Source of the DNA: Podarcis pityusensis
Lineage: Eukaryota
NCBI GenBank assembly: GCA_964106645.2
Contig: OZ067052.1
Strand: one strand, 5' to 3'
Length of the DNA stretch: 64,000 nt
Below are positions 61,966 through 64,000 of this stretch, one piece after another. The notes below the pieces were generated by a model that did not search any database, was not told the origin of the DNA, and worked only from the letters and a program-made list of their open reading frames with translations. The position numbers and the translations under genes were made by a program. Numbering within the stretch: position 1 is the first letter of the stretch; each line of letters starts with the position of its first letter.

Positions 61966-64000
61966 CTGGCCGTGGGGAAAAACAAGAAGGGGTAAGAGGA
62001 AAGGTGCAACGGACAGCCAGTGTTTACAACGGCCACAACAAAAGAGGCAGGTTAAGGGCGAGTATGAGCGGGAACAACTGTGTGTGTGTATATATGAGAG
62101 AGCATTGACTGCAGAGGAGTTTGGGTGGGCCTTAAGAGTGGAAGCGTTTTGATGCAATTCCCTTTCTCCTGAAAGGTAAAAGTGGCAGCTGCCCATAATA
62201 ATGGAGAAATTCAGAGCAATTCAGCACAGTTGTGAATGGGCAGCCAGTGGTCCTGCCAAAGCAGAGACGGGAGCCTATATTCCTTCTTATTTTGTGCAAA
62301 AATTCAAAATCAACATGTGAGTGGATCTTCCATTGAAGCAGCACAAAATGAAACTCCCGGGTCAAAGCGGAAGGCAGGCGGTGAGCCTTAGGTTCAGTGG
62401 TTTGGGCTGGAGAAGAAAAGTGCTTGAAGGGATGAGTGTGGTGGGGGGAGGAAGCAACCTTCAACTCCTGCTAAGCCCTGCACTCTTTTGCAATGAGCAT
62501 CAAAGCCCCCACCAGGTTCAGCATCAATACACAGCACACACACTTTTTAAAAAGTATTTCTGGAACCCTGCTGAGTGAGGGACCTCCTTTTAATCCTCCA
62601 CAATGCTCTGAATGGAGGCTATGGAAGGGGCACTGTGGGAAACAAAAATAGAAGCTCCCCCAGACACAACTGCCTGGTACTCATCAGAGTGCTGCTGCTG
62701 TGTGTCGCTGCCACCAGGTAAGGCTACAGGGAGGTCATTGATGTAGGAGGGAGCCCAAAAGGCCCATCATTGTTGAGGGTTCCTCTCATACCTAGAGCTG
62801 GTCCAGTGCCCTGCTTAGATGTGAATGAGGAAGACTCCTTAATATGGCTACCCTGAGATAGGTCAGGGCAGAAGGTTGTGAGGAAGGCAATTCTACAGGC
62901 CAAGAGTCTGTAAGTGCTGACAGTCAAGTCAAGGATCTGTAGAACAGCAGTTGGGGCTGCACGATAGGGACCAGCCACCATTGAGGAGGAGGCGCTTCTC
63001 AAAAGCAATAAGGAGCTGGTAATCAAAGATGCCCCGGGCTGCAGGGACAAGATGATGCTGGGAGGGTTTTCTGCCCTTTGTCAAATTTTGTTCAGGGATG
63101 CTGGTGCAGTCCTCTGAGCTTGGGTTCAGAAACAAGCTCAAATGAGGGGCGAGCTTTTAAAAGCCCTCGATTTCCCCCCTGGCTTTGATCAGAATGTGAG
63201 CTTGCTTCTCTCCTGCCTATTCCTGCCAGCCATCTCAGAACACTCTCTCCTCCCTTCCCTTCCACTGACAGGGGTGGATCTTGGTAATACAATGCCTTGG
63301 GCGAGGCCAACATTTGACACTGCCCTTGTGCTGCCTTCCCAAAATCTGGTAGGTGAGGTGCTGGGCTTTGGGAAGGAGGCAGGAGGATTCTGGCAGGGTC
63401 CCAGAGTCCTCCTGTCTCCTTCCCAAAGCTGGGCAAGCACTTACGAGGCTTTGGAAAGGAGGCTGGAAGGCAGCCCCTCAGCTTGGCGCCCTGTGTGGGG
63501 GAACCAGTCGTGCTGCCCTAAATCCACTTCGGCCACTGAAGTTGTAGCGGCGGCGGCAGCAGCAAAAGTTGCAAGTACATGGAACAAAGAGAGGAGAGGG
63601 TTTCCACCCTCTCTCATTACTTCTGTCATCCAGTCGGAGCAGCCTTCTGGGGAAGAAGACAGCATAGGAGATGTAGTTGCCTTGCCCCTACAGAATCCAT
63701 ATACCCACCCATATTTGATCTTAAATGAGGGCAGTGGCTCTTCAGAGAACTACATCTGTCACAGTTCCCCATGGGCTGGTAGGTTGTTAGCTAACACGTT
63801 GGTCTGCTTTCACTGCTGCTACCGTTACTTCAAAATTAAGATCATGAAACTGGGAGCGTGTGGGGAGACCTTTAAAGGAAGGAGAAGGCAGGAAGGCCAA
63901 TAATTTCTCTGAGCCCTTGGAGTGGCTCAGAAAAATCACCCAAGTTCCTTCCATTTTTTCCCAAAGAACTCAAGTAATTTCAGAGTTAATTTGAGGTGAG

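Noticed and set aside
63142-63903. Longest ORF in the track (253 aa, plus strand)
   Set aside because: It is antisense within an MSI2 intron, runs through a palindromic repeat and has no recognisable domain.

Overview
Vertebrate genomic DNA, most likely a squamate (probably a lacertid lizard, inferred from a full-length Sauria SINE and from the L2, CR1 and MITE repeats). The window holds the 3' end of the Musashi-2 gene (MSI2) on the minus strand. Its exons are the Ala-rich exon at 61906-61965, the GSNPARPGG...GIA exon at 28608-28762, the stop-codon exon at 25971-26048, and a ~5.4-kb terminal 3'UTR exon at ~14950-20392. The RRM-coding exons lie beyond position 64000. About 15 kb of gene-free, repeat-rich sequence follows the gene. 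Reading the introns by hand shows a rich combinatorial C-terminal splicing system. (i) A 57-nt alternative donor extension adds an RGG box. (ii) A 177-nt frame-preserving cassette exon lies at 41156-41332 and is missing from the ORF track. (iii) A 54-nt alternative acceptor is present. (iv) The last coding exon is open in two reading frames. (v) Most notably, a candidate intronic alternative last exon at ~56545-56720 ends the protein in -DETV-COOH, a class I PDZ ligand. It has its own AATAAA and is followed by a dense cluster of Musashi-binding RUAG motifs, which suggests a Musashi autoregulatory switch. Nearly all ORFs in the supplied track are spurious or repeat-derived.
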